From Pavona decussata (taxonomy: Eukaryota), in NCBI GenBank assembly GCA_977016875.1, contig CDRNST010000042.1, forward strand, positions 1,116,001 through 1,180,000: DNA of 64,000 nucleotides. Direction: 5' to 3'. Below the pieces are notes generated by a model. The model did no database searches, had not been told where the DNA came from, and saw only the letters and a list, made by a program, of their open reading frames with translations. Position 1 is the first letter of the stretch; each line of letters begins with the position of its first letter. Shown here one piece after another: positions 27,101-39,880 of this stretch. The position numbers and the translations under genes were made by a program.

Positions 27101-28957
27101 GACCGGGTCTCAGGATGTAAACGCGGAAAGAAGAGGGAACCAGCATGCCGGAATGCTGAACAGAAGCAGGCCTGACTTCTTCGAGTTCGAATCGATCGGT
27201 TGGATTTTAAGGTGGAATTTGAGTGTTCAATGTTGTTTTGTAACAGAGAACGACGCTACAATCAACAGTTACTTTTTTGCCTTTCAAAAAAGTTCTGTCT
27301 TCCGCTAGCGACATAATTACAAGAATTAGCAACGTTGTTGCGCATTTTTGATCAGGCAAAAGCGTCAACAACAGTGCTTCGCTTTGCTGAAGGTTTTAGT
27401 GTCATTTTTGACCGGTACGTAAAGATTTACATATAAAACTGTAAATGAAATACCTTCGATAGGAAATAGACGGTCATGTTTTTCACTGATTTCTCCCTAA
27501 ATTGTTGTGATTTGCCCGTTAAAAACACAAAAAATGTTCAAATGAACACATTCGCTATTTCGATCTTAGTAGAAAACTAGAATTGGAGTATTAATCAAAA
27601 GCATGTTAGGAACTGAACAAATCGGTATATTTGCGGAAACTATTCGCTAACAATTGGACGTTTTCAGACTATGGTACACACCGTTAACAGCGCTAGAGTT
27701 AATTTTTTTGTGCTTGAGCCAAGCCAAATTCCGCGGTGAAAAATGGGTTGATTGACTTCGCTTATGCTAGCGCCAGGGGCATCTATCAAAACTGTTCCCT
27801 GTTACTTTTACTGATTTTTTCATGGCCTATCTACAGGCATATTTTTGTACTATAGAAAAGACTGATCCTTTTGGATTCTTTAGCTGAAAATTCAAGACGC
27901 AGAAAGTTTGAGGAAACGGAATCTTTTTTCCTGATTTTCAAGCTGCCGTTGGCTGTCCCAAAATACCACCTGGCCTCATAGTTTCGCACTTTAAACGCCG
28001 ATATTTGCACCTCAGAAAACTAAAGGATGTAATTTTACACTGTTCGAAAATTTAAAGTGACATTTCGCCATAGAAAACTCTAGTTTATCACAATCAAGTC
28101 CGAATTTTTTTAAAACAGCTAAGGTCTTCCGAACTTGATATTCTACGGCAAAGAACCGTTGGGTGCCAGTGTAGAGTGTGTACCTGGTATCTAGTGAGAA
28201 GAAGGCTCAACGAACATTTCACTTTCTCCTGGAACTCTATAACACCGTTGCCTTTAATGTCAGCATGTAGTTGAAAATTTCAGTAATGTACAAATAAGGA
28301 TACTGCGGCATCCAGCAATCTGATTGGTCCCATGCATACGACTTATTATACTATCCATTACCTCATTTGGAAAACTTGCGTTTTCAAAATTGGGAATTTT
28401 GCTTTTCTTCTCTTGTTTTCCCTCGTTTTTCTTTGGGTTGCTGACTTCATAGCCTGTAGATGAGAGTATTATAATAGCGATCTCAGATGATAGATCCTTC
28501 AACTATCAACCAGGTCAGAACACAACGGCTAAATGTCCTCTGGTCTGAAACTATAGCCATTAAATTAATAAATAGGGCAGCATGGCCACGTTGGTAATGG
28601 GTATTACCCCGATACTGACTTTTTTTAGTTCTAAACACATCATAGAAGCCTAACATTTGTACGGGCTGTTAACAGCAAATTGACAGCTGACATTTCCAAT
28701 TTTGACCTTTTGCTGGTTCAGTCAAACTTCAGTTCTTTTCTCTCTAGTTAACATTACCAGACACTGGCAATATTAACTAAATTTTGTGAAAAAGATTTCT
28801 TAAAATCACCAGTGAGTATTACCTGATAGTGAAGACATTTTAGCTACGAAGAAGTTGAATATTAATACGCTGAAGTCAAAGAGGATACCATTTCTGAACA
28901 TGAGAAACATTTCTCGGAAGTAACGATTGTGTTGATTGCTTCTTTTTCAGCTGCGAG

Positions 28958-29518
28958 ATGTCAAAGAAAGGTTACGAAACCGTAGCAACCGATGAAGATG
29001 ATGACGTGGATCAGTCTTCTCATCCTACGATCGTGACGTCTGCCAGTTTCTTTTCAGTGCTGACTCTGGGATGGATGAACGGCATCTTCAAAATAGGAAG
29101 CAAGCGGCCATTGAAACAATCAGATTTCTTTCCTATTCATGACGACGACAGAACACGTGACCTGACAGAGCGGCTTCAAAAAGAATGGAACAACCATGTA
29201 CAAGAATGTAACAGCACCGCGGGAAAACAACCCAAACTTTGGAAATGCGTTCTGAGAACTATCTCCTTGAAGGAAATTTTATACCTTATGACCTTTTGGT
29301 TTACCGAATCCATCTGCCGAGTTTCACAGCCACTTGTTCTTGGTTTGCTCCTCCGTTTGTTAAGTTCCACTGAGATGGATCGCACACTGACATACACGTG
29401 CTGTTTGCTGTTAGCATTGGGTGGATTGTCCACTGCCTGCACACATTACTCCGCTTACAGATTTGAGTTGCTTGGTATGAGGTTGAGTAGTGCCCTCAGG
29501 GGAATCATTTATCTCAAG
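28958..29518 (+). CDS. ABCC4: Gene B (ABCC4/MRP4-like) coding exon 1
   Basis: Lasso motif [25 protein letters not shown]; donor AAG|GTAACA; 561 nt. Confidence 0.93.
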
Positions 29519-29669
29519 GTAACAGCTTGTATTAATTTATCAAAATAATGATCTCCTTTGATCAGTCCTAGCTTGGCTGAATTCTTAGTGACTTTCAACA
29601 GCTACAAAGAAATACAGAGAAGTACATGGACAGATTTGGGACTGGTTGAATGGTGTCTCATGACTGGCG

Positions 29670-30050
29670 ATCGACTGATTGACTGGCTGGCCAGCTGGCT
29701 TTGCATCTATCGGTTTGCCTCACTGGCTTACAATTTACTAACTGACTGAATAACCGATCGACATATGACTTACTGACTGGCCGGCTGCTTGTCCTACTCA
29801 CTAAAGTGAGTGAGGGTTTAACTGACCGACCGGGTGACTGACTGAAGGATTGTTGAACTAACTGGCTGACTGACTGACTGACTGACTGACTGACTGACTG
29901 ACTGACTGACTGACTGACTAACTAACTGAATGATTAAGACTGACGTGCCGAATAGGCTGTCTGGCAAATTAATTAATTGATACTGACTGGCCCGGCTGTT
30001 GTACTGACTGAATGACTGACTGACTGAATGAATGGATAACCGTTAAATAA
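29670..30050 (+). repeat. (GACT)n microsatellite region in intron 1 of B; homologous tracts in C (about 51055-51410) and D (about 60850-61180)
   Basis: Perfect tgac run at about 29867-29918 within degenerate repeats. Confidence 0.9.
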
Positions 30051-30259
30051 CTGACACTCATCTGCTGTGGCAAAGAGAGCCTCCCCTCCCCACCCTCCCC
30101 TCTTGTGTTTGGATCGTCCTGAATGAGGAGAAAATTACAAACGTTATCACAAGGCTCTTCCAGCTCATACTAAAGCCTGACTGATCTTTTTCATTGCCTG
30201 ATCACAAACATCACTTGTACCTTGAACAGGTTTTGTTATATCTTTGCATTTGTCTGCAG

Positions 30260-30639
30260 ATTCCTCTCATCAGTCAGCAAAGCATTCGGGACACGACAGA
30301 AGGAAACATCATATCCCTGATATCAAACGACGTCCAAAGAATTGAACTGGCCCCCAGATGGATATTTACTTCGTTCTGGGCTGTTTTCGAGCTCGTGGCT
30401 GTAATATGCTTACTGTTGTACCTTATTGGTTGGCAGGCATTAATAGGAGTTGGTTTTCTAATGGCGTTAATACCTTGTGTCATCAAAATATCGTCTGTTT
30501 GTGCTCGACTGCGACAAGAAACTGCTGAAGTGACGGACCGACGTATCTCACTAATGAACGAGCTGGTGACTGGCGTTCGTGCACTGAAGACGCATGCGTG
30601 GGAGGAAAACTACCGTGAAAAAGTTGAAGAAGTTAGAAG
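30260..30639 (+). CDS. ABCC4: Gene B exon 2
   Basis: tgtctgcag|ATT ... AG|GTGAG; 380 nt; [20 protein letters not shown]. Confidence 0.93.
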
Positions 30640-31461
30640 GTGAGCTGAGAGAAGTTTAATGATCCGCGATATTTAGGAAAATGGTCAAGTTTGTCCCCAA
30701 ACCTAAATGACAACTGTGAGGGAGGTGGCCGTATCCGCTCCAGTTTTTACCGTAGTATTACTAATTACCCATGCGGAGAGAATGATAGTACATGGTGGGT
30801 TTACCTCCACTAAGTTCTTAAGAGTGCTACACTTTTTTCACCCATAGGCTTAAGTTCGTTACTCAGTGGCGGATACTCACAACCCAAAACCCCAAAACAC
30901 TCATCATTCGACTGCAATGGAGTTAACTACAAACCTCCTAAAACAATTTTATCGCTGGCACTTAAACTTTGACAAATCTGGACGGTGACAGAAGCACGTC
31001 AACATTTCTCAATGTTGTGGTCAGGTTGTTCGTTAACACCCACATGTCAAAACCTTCACAGTTACTGTTTACTGTGCTTGCAGGCAATCCCATAAAAAAA
31101 GTCAATGAACATCCTTCAATTTCACTAGTTTTTTTTAACATATGCGCTTGCAAAAAAACACCAGTTTGAAAGCTACAATTTAAAAGGTTGCCCACTCTAA
31201 AAATATTGAAGCCAATTCGACCCCAACAAATAAAAACATCTCTTTTCCAACCAGAAGATCAATATTCGCAGTAATGCCGTGGACGAGTCAACCTGTACAT
31301 TTTAAAAAGCATACATCGATATATGATATTGACATTGACATGTCAAAAGTCCCATGATAACTACTAGAAGTCTCATCATTTCACATAGAATGTTCCTGAG
31401 GCGCGCTCGTGTGTATTTCATTTATTCAGTTCTTTGTTGTCTTGCCTTTCTTACATAATAG

Positions 31462-32870
31462 GGATGAAATCTGGATTCTCCTTAAGAAGAGTGCCCTGCT
31501 ATCGATTGTAGAGAGTTTGCTGTTTAGCTCAAGCACCGTGGCAGCGTTCCTGGCGATTTTGACTCTCCTGGTCACTGGTAAAGTCCTATCGCCTTCAATG
31601 GCCTTCGTGGTACTGTCTTTCATGAACCTACTTCGAGTAACACTATCTCTCAGGTTAGGTAATGCCATTCCTTTAGCGTTTGAGCTATTTGTGTCCTTCA
31701 CAAGGATTGAAAGATTTCTGCTACTGGAAAACATGCCCCTGGACCAGTTGCAATACAACCAAGTTTCTTTTGGCCAAGAAAATAAAACTGAAGGAAATAC
31801 ATTTGCCCAAGTATTGGTCAGAAACCCTACACGGAAAAACGATCCCACTGTTCAAAAATGCATATGTAAAAATCAAGATACCGTCCATTACGCTTCTGAT
31901 CACGAAGATGACGATGTCAACGATGTTAATTGTAAGTTGCTTAATAAAGCGAACACGTATTTGGCTGTATCAAGTCTCTCATGTAAATTGAAAGAGAACG
32001 GGAATGGAGAAAAGTATCTTCTTCGAGATGTCAGTTTTGAAACAACTGATAAAGGTCTTACTGTCATCACTGGTCACGTTGGCAGTGGAAAATCGACACT
32101 CCTGGCTGCAATCGCTGGCGAGATAAGCAAGTCGAGTGGAAACGTTTTCTGTTTTGGAACTATAGCTTATGTCCCCCAGACGGCTTGGGTTTTTCCTGGA
32201 ACTCTTAGAGAAAACATCTTATTTGGTGAGACGTACGACGAAAAGAAATACTCTGAAGTAGTCGAAGCATGTGCGCTGAAAGAAGACATTGATAGGTTTC
32301 CAAATGGCGACCTTTCATTTGTTGGAGAACATGGCGTAGCGTTGAGTGGAGGTCAGAGGGCTCGTGTCAATCTGGCACGCGCAGTATACGCAGATGCTGG
32401 TGTGTATCTATTGGATGATCCTCTCAGTGCTGTGGATGCCAAAGTAGGTGAACATATATTTAAACAGTGTATCTGCAGGCTGCTTAAAGAAAAGATTGTC
32501 ATCTTGGCGACATATGCAGAGAAGAACATGAAGGCAGCTGATCAAGTAGTGATTCTTCACAAAGGCTCTGTGCAAGGAAAAGGCAGTCTTTATGAATTAC
32601 AAAATGAAGGAAAGTTTCTTGATGCCGCCATTGATCCATCTGCCACAACCACCGAGGAGCAGACGAGAATGTCTCAAGCAAAAGAAGAAAGTGAAACAAC
32701 GCAGTCGGATTCTGAGTCATTCCATGACAACTTTATTGAGCATCTAGAGGTCTCAGAAGAAGACAAGGCCACTGGAAATATTTCATCTGCGTTGTATTGG
32801 GATTATTTTAGAGCAGGAATGAATCCCACTGCAATGATTACCGTTTTCACTCTTTTCCTGGCTACCCAAG
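31462..32870 (+). CDS. ABCC4: Gene B exon 3 (NBD1)
   Basis: GHVGSGKS, LSGGQRARV, YLLDDPLSAVD; aatag|G ... CAAG|GTTAGT. Confidence 0.95.
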
Positions 32871-33275
32871 GTTAGTTTGTTGACAGTATGCCCTCAGGCA
32901 TTACCACCAAATGAGATACCTCTCTAAGATGGTTATGTGAGGACCTTATCATCAAGGTTGACACAGTGAAATTCCAATACGATCTAATCCAATGCACACC
33001 CTACAGATTTCTACTGATAGTCGAAACACATTTATCTTCAGTTTTTTAATTGTCTTAGAATTTGACCAGGAAATGCTGTGAACTTGGCTCATCGGAAAAT
33101 TCATGATCACCTTGTCACAACAGCAATATGACCTCCTGTTACTTTACAAAATTTCATCTGGTCTTTCCATTCTTTTTTTTGTTGTTTTATTTAGTAATTA
33201 TAAAGATTTTGAGATTTCGTTAACTGATGTGACGCAGTAGATGTCAATGTGAATTTCAACGGCTTTACCAACCAC

Positions 33276-34030
33276 TCAATCTCAATCTCAATCTAAAATC
33301 TTTATTTTAACACGGTAAAAATCCATCAGGTTTTGGTACAATATAAAATACAACTACATAACAACATTTAATAACAATACATACGTATCTAAAAAGTTTT
33401 ACTCATAATTACACTAAACTTCACCTGTTTTCCATGAATGCCGTGTATCTAACTTAATTAACTAAAATGATGGTTTAACAATTGCTTGAAATGATTTAGA
33501 GATTTCACTTGCCTAAGACTGCAGAGTAGACTGTTCCAGAGAGTTGCACCTCTATAACTAAAGCTGATGTTTAGGTAGTTAGTTCTTGGTAAAGGGACAT
33601 TTAATTTGTTTGTAGAGTCCCTTGAGACATAGGCTGGCGTACTGCGCTCAGTAAACATAGAGGATAAGTAGTCAGGAACCAGGTCATTAAGAGCTTTGGA
33701 CACCATTAAAGCTACTTGAATTTGACGCTGGGAAAATCAGGTCTTTCCAACCAAGTTTTTACCTAGCGTCAGCATCATGGGAGGAGGAGGTCAAAATGCG
33801 AGCAGCACGATTCTGCAGTTTTTGTAATTGTTCTGAAAGGGTTTTGCCGCAATTCCCGCAGACAATACTACAATAATCGAATTGAGGTTGTACCAAGGCA
33901 TTGTAGATGTAATGCAGTATTTCTAACGAAACAAAAGGCTTAATTCGCTTTATGGCACCAATGCCGGAGGCAATCTTTTTGGATAGTTTGTCGATATGAC
34001 TATGCCATGCCATGTTATCATCAATAGCTG
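33276..34030 (-). mobile_element. 5'-truncated L2/CR1-group LINE in gene B intron 3, antisense
   Basis: WHSHIDKLSKKIASGIGAIKRIK, YNALVQPQFDYCSIV, LQKLQNRAARI, SFSYRGATLWNSL; frameshifted; (gattga)n tail. Confidence 0.88.
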
Positions 34031-34633
34031 CTGATAGCCGCCGCTATCAGGTGATCCGCGTCGGCAGTTGCGAAAATTAAGCCCAAGTAATGCCTTGACC
34101 AATCCAAACACGAAAGCAAAAACATGCAATAAGTCAAGGGCGTAACAATACACAATTGCTAGGTCGTATTGCGTCTGACCAAACGGGTTAGAAAATATTG
34201 CTTTTTTTTGTTTGCAGCCAGGGTATGCATTAGTGATTAGACCAATGATAGATCCCAGTTAACGCAAAACTCCAGCAAACACTGACAAAGTCAATTCTCT
34301 GGCATAGTCAATTGAAAACCCGTCAATTACATTAGAAGAGCGGTTTGTGGTTGTTGCTTCTTTCCATTAGTCTTATTTATCCCCTTTAAAAGTCGTTTGA
34401 GCTTTGAACTCACCTACGTGGAGATCGATTCAGTGCGCTTTTTTATTCAGTACGTTTTGTATGTTGCCGCAGTGGTAACAAATTGGGAATCTGCCGGGGA
34501 AAGAAATTCACGTTTCTTCCAGTCAGGCAGTCAGCGATAGTCTAAGCATGGCACATTCCCGGGAGGTTCTCAAGATTACATAAATCCAGCAAAAAAAAAA
34601 GTCACAAATGAATGTTATTTTTCTTCTTTGTAG

Positions 34634-35204
34634 CTGTAATGGTATCTCCTAACGTCTGGCTTTCTTATATGACAAAGATGACTGCGAAAACCCAACAACG
34701 TGAGACAACATTGGGTATTTATGCCAGCCTTGTCTCCACTGCCTTTGTTCTGGCCATCATCCGTGCCTACGTTTTCTTCTACGTTTCTCTCAGAGCTGCT
34801 GAAAATCTTCATAACAAAATGGTCGCCTGCGTTCTTCAAGCTCAAGTATTATTTTTTGACACTAACCCCGCAGGTCGAATATTGAACAGATTCTCCAAAG
34901 ACATTGGAGCAATTGATGAGCTTCTACCCAAGATATTTCTGTTAGCCACCCAGTTGCTCCTATTTGTATTTACTGCAGCGTTGGTGCCCTCTTTTACGAA
35001 TTTCTGGCTCGTGTTTGTTACACTGCCCATTTTCATGATATTTGCGTATCTAGCACGGTATTACTTGAAGACTTCACGAGATTTGAAAAGGCTAGAGTCA
35101 ATCTGCCGCAGCCCTGTGTTTTCACATTTCTCTGAGACCATGGCTGGATTACAAACCATTCGCACTCGGAAGAAGGAAAGGGACTTCATTGACAAATTCT
35201 ATCA
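34634..35204 (+). CDS. ABCC4: Gene B exon 4 (TMD2)
   Basis: ctttgtag|CT ... CA|GTAAGT; [17 protein letters not shown]; 571 nt. Confidence 0.94.
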
Positions 35205-35448
35205 GTAAGTACTGGAGCCCATGACCCGGAGTTCATACTAATCCTTGGATTCAACCCTTTCCCGACTAGACGTATTCTTAGAATGGGTCTCAAGGGACCT
35301 TTTAGTCCAGCTGTTATCGACCAAAAAACACTGAATTGTTCAATTTGATGATAAAAGCACGAAATTTGTCCACATCACTAATGACCCTAAGACTAACATT
35401 TTGTGATATAGGGCCATTCCAAATAAACGTCTGGAGACGAGAGCTACG

Positions 35449-35449
35449 C

Positions 35450-35484
<35 letters not shown>

Positions 35485-35511
35485 AAACAACAAAAACAAC
35501 AACAACAACAA
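35449..35511 (+). repeat. (AAC)n microsatellite
   Basis: Directly visible. Confidence 0.95.
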
Positions 35512-35909
35512 AACCCAACCAAGGAAGAAGAATCACAACTAAAGTGTGACACGGCGTTATTCCTCTTCGCGGAAAAACTGTTCTAAACATAAATCTAGTC
35601 GGGGAAGAGTTGGCACAAGGAATCAATAGATAAACAGGCTTCTAGGCATGTGCTTCTGGTATTGTTATGATGCGACAACTGTAACCAGATAAAACATGAA
35701 ATGAACTGGGAAGAGTTTTTAGCCATTTAGATCACTTTGGATGAAAACGTATGGGTATTAAACGTATTATCAGTGGGATTTCATCCAAAGATATGACCAG
35801 TGTCCTCTTTAGCGTGGTAGTCAGTTTGTTGAATTTTTAGTTTTCCTGAACTGGACAGAGTGGCATAGCTTGTTATAGATAACATGCATTGTCATTGATT
35901 TGTCGTTAG

Positions 35910-36046
35910 GCATCAAGACCTAAACAATCAGGTGTTTTCCATGGTATTAGCGAGCAGTCGGTGGCTTGGAGTAAGAGCTGATGTCCTGTGTTCAGTGTTT
36001 ATAGCCGGAGTTGCCTTGTTGTCCGTTCTTCTATCTCAACATCCAG
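35910..36046 (+). CDS. ABCC4: Gene B exon 5 (missing from the ORF track)
   Basis: gtcgttag|G CAT CAA GAC CTA AAC... reads HQDLNNQVFSMVLASSRWLGVRADVLCSVFIAGVALLSVLLSQHP; donor CCAG|GTAGGA; 137 nt. Confidence 0.9.
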
Positions 36047-36706
36047 GTAGGAACTTAGACAACTCATGAAATTTAGTACATCAAGTTTACATTTCAGAGT
36101 TTCAGTCATTTGGCATCATGGTACAACAACTTATTACGTTAATCAGAGCACAGGTCACCAAAACGTAATATATGAGTTTGTATGGCGTTCAAATTCGATC
36201 GAAAATTAAGCAAAAATATTCCCTCGAAGTGTTTTGCTGTGTTTCCATGGCTTCTCAGGGCGTCCAAAAGCCGTTTTGAGCTGTTTATCTCTCAGCGGCT
36301 GGTCCGCTTGCAGCACTGTACTATAAAACTGAGATGGTTTGACCCGTCATTTGAGGAGAGCACTTCGAAAACCTCGGTAAAATTCACTTGAAACTAAAGC
36401 AAACGCTTACCCGCCTCACCATATGCCAAGAGGGATGGTGGTACTTTCTGAGCAATTCATTCTCGGGAAATTTCATTCATTGAGACACAGGCCTTTGTTG
36501 AAAACAAAGTTGAATTCAAATCGGGCGCCATTTTGCCGCGGATAAGCCGTGTCGCTAGACTATCATGACAAACTCACTGTTAAACCTAGAAACGAGTACT
36601 AAAATTTGCCGACAGGTGAAACCTGTCTCGGCAACGTGCAGTTTTGTACCAGCCAGCCGTACATGGCGTAACAGCAAGAAACGTCTTTCGAGGATGTGAA
36701 TTGACC

Positions 36707-36741
<35 letters not shown>

Positions 36742-37591
36742 GTTATTTTTTAATATGAATTAACTTAACTTGAACTGATGCACGATTTTGCAACTCATAA
36801 ATCTTGTGGAAGGTGGCAAGGGTGACTGAATTAGTAGGAATGACGTTCACATCAAGAAAGAAAATGAAAATTTTAGCAAAAACGTCAGAAAACGAAAGTT
36901 TTAGTGAGCAAAACAATGGAATTCAGCACATTGTGCTAAAAACCTTAGTACATTTCTTTGCCGTTCTTGGCAAAAACAAGAACGTGAAACGACCAAGTTC
37001 AAGGTTTTGTGAAGAATTCAGTCGCCCAGGATGTGGTCCGGAAATCCTACCTGCAACGCGTGGTGTCTTTTCTTACTCATTTTGTAGAAAAGTGGCAACT
37101 AGAATTCTTTCCTTTATTAACAATTGATGCATATTAACTAACTTCGACGTATTACGCCTTTAACACCATCATTTTAGAAAGATACTTCACTATAATTCAC
37201 ATCCCATTTTTCCGAACTGCAAGTGGCCGTTTGAGTATAGAGCGATCTCTTTGCGGAACGAGTTACAGCCAGCAGCCAAACTGGGGAAATTAGTGAATGG
37301 CTTTTTTAGCCATATTTTAAAGCCAGTAAAGTATGTATGTATTTGAAAGATCCAGCGTACTTTACCACTTTGGAGAATATTTTCAATGAATTTCAACTCC
37401 ACAAGATTCGGCAGTTAACGAGTCACTCCCAGTTAGTTTTACCAGTAGCTAACATTTGTTACGAAAGTGCAACATATAGACGGAATGTAGGTTGACTAAA
37501 TGAAAGACCCCACTTTTGAACCGACCTTCTGGGAAGAAAGAGGTAAATTTATTTGCATATTTTTACTGCATCACTTTTACTTCTTTTGCAG

Positions 37592-38505
37592 CATTAGCTG
37601 GACTTGCTCTTGCATACGTTGTTGAGACATCCAACATGTCCCAATATGCAGTGCGACAATTTTCAGAAGTTGAGAACCTTATGACGTCCGTCGAGAGAGT
37701 CATGGCCTACACGATCCTCGATCCTGAACCGGGGTACAAAATCAAAACACGTCCACCAATAAACTGGCCTCGTGATGGTCACGTGAGTTTTAAGAATGTT
37801 GCCCTGAGGTATTATCCAGGTGGACCACAAGTGCTCAAAAATTTAAGCTTTAAGATTCCAGGAAAAAAGAAAGTAGGAATTGTCGGACGTACTGGAGATG
37901 GAAAGTCGTCCATTGTGGCTGCTCTCTTACGCATGCCTGAAGCTGACGGGGAGATACACATCGATGACGTTCCCATAAAAAGCATTCAACTACAGGAATC
38001 CCGAAAGTGTATTTCTGTCCTCAGCCAATCACCTGTTCTTTTTAGCGGGTCGCTTAGAGCGAACCTCGATCCACTGGAGAAACACAGAGATGACGAGCTA
38101 TGGAATGTCCTTGAAGAAGTGGAGCTAAACACCATGGTGGAAAATCTGGAGGGACAGCTTGACTACGTCATTTTAGAGAGAGGAGAGAACCTGAGTGTTG
38201 GTGAACGGCAGTTGATCTGCTTGGCTCGTACGTTACTACGACAAAGTAAAATCATCATTCTGGATGAACCCACAGCAAATGTGGATCCCAATACAGAGAC
38301 GACCATCTGGACCACCGTGCGTGAGAAACTAAAGAATTCCACTGTGATCACCATAGCGCATAGACTGAACACTGTCAAAGACTGTGACGTAATATTAGTG
38401 TTAAGAGAAGGCCAGGTGGCTGAGCTGGACACTATTGAAGCACTGATGGGTCGGGAGGGAGGGATTTTCTACAACATGGCCGCTTCCCAAAATTTATTCC
38501 TTTAA
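37592..38505 (+). CDS. ABCC4: Gene B exon 6 (NBD2, stop)
   Basis: cttttgcag|CA; [28 protein letters not shown]; summed exons 3972 nt = 1323 aa plus stop. Confidence 0.95.
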
Positions 38506-39880
38506 TTCCTTTTCAGAACTCCAGATAATTATTGCACTTAAATTATGCGGATGTTTTTTTTTTTATCATTGTCCATTTCATTGCAAGCTTACCTTGAAAG
38601 GCCCCCCTGGGAAATTGAGTTAAACGGCTGATAGCTATCTCCGTCTTTGCCTTCTCTTTTAACGTAGCAGGAATTGCCACAATATCATCACCGCTACAGA
38701 AATACTGCAACCAAAAAAGCACACGTGTCAAGTTTTGTTTAATTGAGTTTCTAAATCTTGGCCAAATCCTATAATCAAGGTACAGATCAGTTATGAGATA
38801 ACTTGAAGCAACTGGAACAAGGCAACCCTAGAGAGAAGTTTTCAAGTGATATTTCTGTTTATATATTCAGTTCTCAATTGACCAACTTACATGCAATTCT
38901 GATTTGCAGTTCCGCGTTTTAAATAATCATTAATTTTTATACAAGGATAAGTTCAACTGTATACTACAACTAAATTTTTCTATTGTTCCTTTTTAAGGGT
39001 TTACGGGTTGGGATTAGACGGAAACGAACTAGATATTCCTCTTGGTTTTCAGCATTTTGGTGGTAAGCGTATCAACATAATTGCAGTTAACGTGATTTGA
39101 GGCAAAAGCATTGCTATTCGATATGAGATTTGAGGCATATACAGCTTGAAGGAATGGCTTTAAATGGCAAGCTTAATCTTATTTTAAATTGGTGAATGAT
39201 GCAGGTTTAGGTCCAGGGTTGCTGATCGTTTGCGAAAGAAAAAAAAAAAGAGAGAGAGAGAAAGAGAGAAGGTACATTGGTACAAGTGCGGTCTGCAATA
39301 AGACTTTTTTCTGCACTCCTCCTCAGAAAAAAACAAGAGTATATTGATTAAAAGGGCAAAATTATAATTCCGTAAATTCGTTATTGTTTGCATTGTTATG
39401 TAATTGAAAGTAGGGTTTCATTGTTTTGTATTTCAACGCCTTTTGAATTGATGTAGCTTAACTATCTCTGAAAAATACGCGGTTAACCTCCGTATTTTTT
39501 CTGGATTCCAATAGCCCTTGCTAAGATCTCTTTTTCCCGCTTAGTTATAAGCCGTCCGATCGGCGACCAGAGTCAGTGGAATTGACCTTAAACTTTGGTT
39601 TTGATCGAATAGTCTTCAAGAAAGTCCTCATCAGTCCTCCCATCCATGTGCTTTTAATATGTATAGGTTGACTAACAACGTCGTTTCGGGATTTCAAAGC
39701 CGTTGATATGACCCACAACAACTCAATTTCTCTCCTGCTCGTTCTTTCTCCGATTGCGTTTCCAAGGATTCTATAAGTCTACACTAATGTTGCTAACATG
39801 AATGTTTCAAAGTGAATTGTAATAGTAACCCTAACGCTTGTTTTGGAACATTTTAGCATTCTAAACCAAACCCACAACAA

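Noticed and set aside
30230-30259. In-frame alternative acceptor 30 nt upstream of exon 2 in B and D
   Set aside because: The same segment has an in-frame TGA in C and is absent in A; it is most simply the polypyrimidine tract.
35314-35626. Poly-L/C/V/N ORFs
   Set aside because: Translations of the (AAC)n microsatellite.
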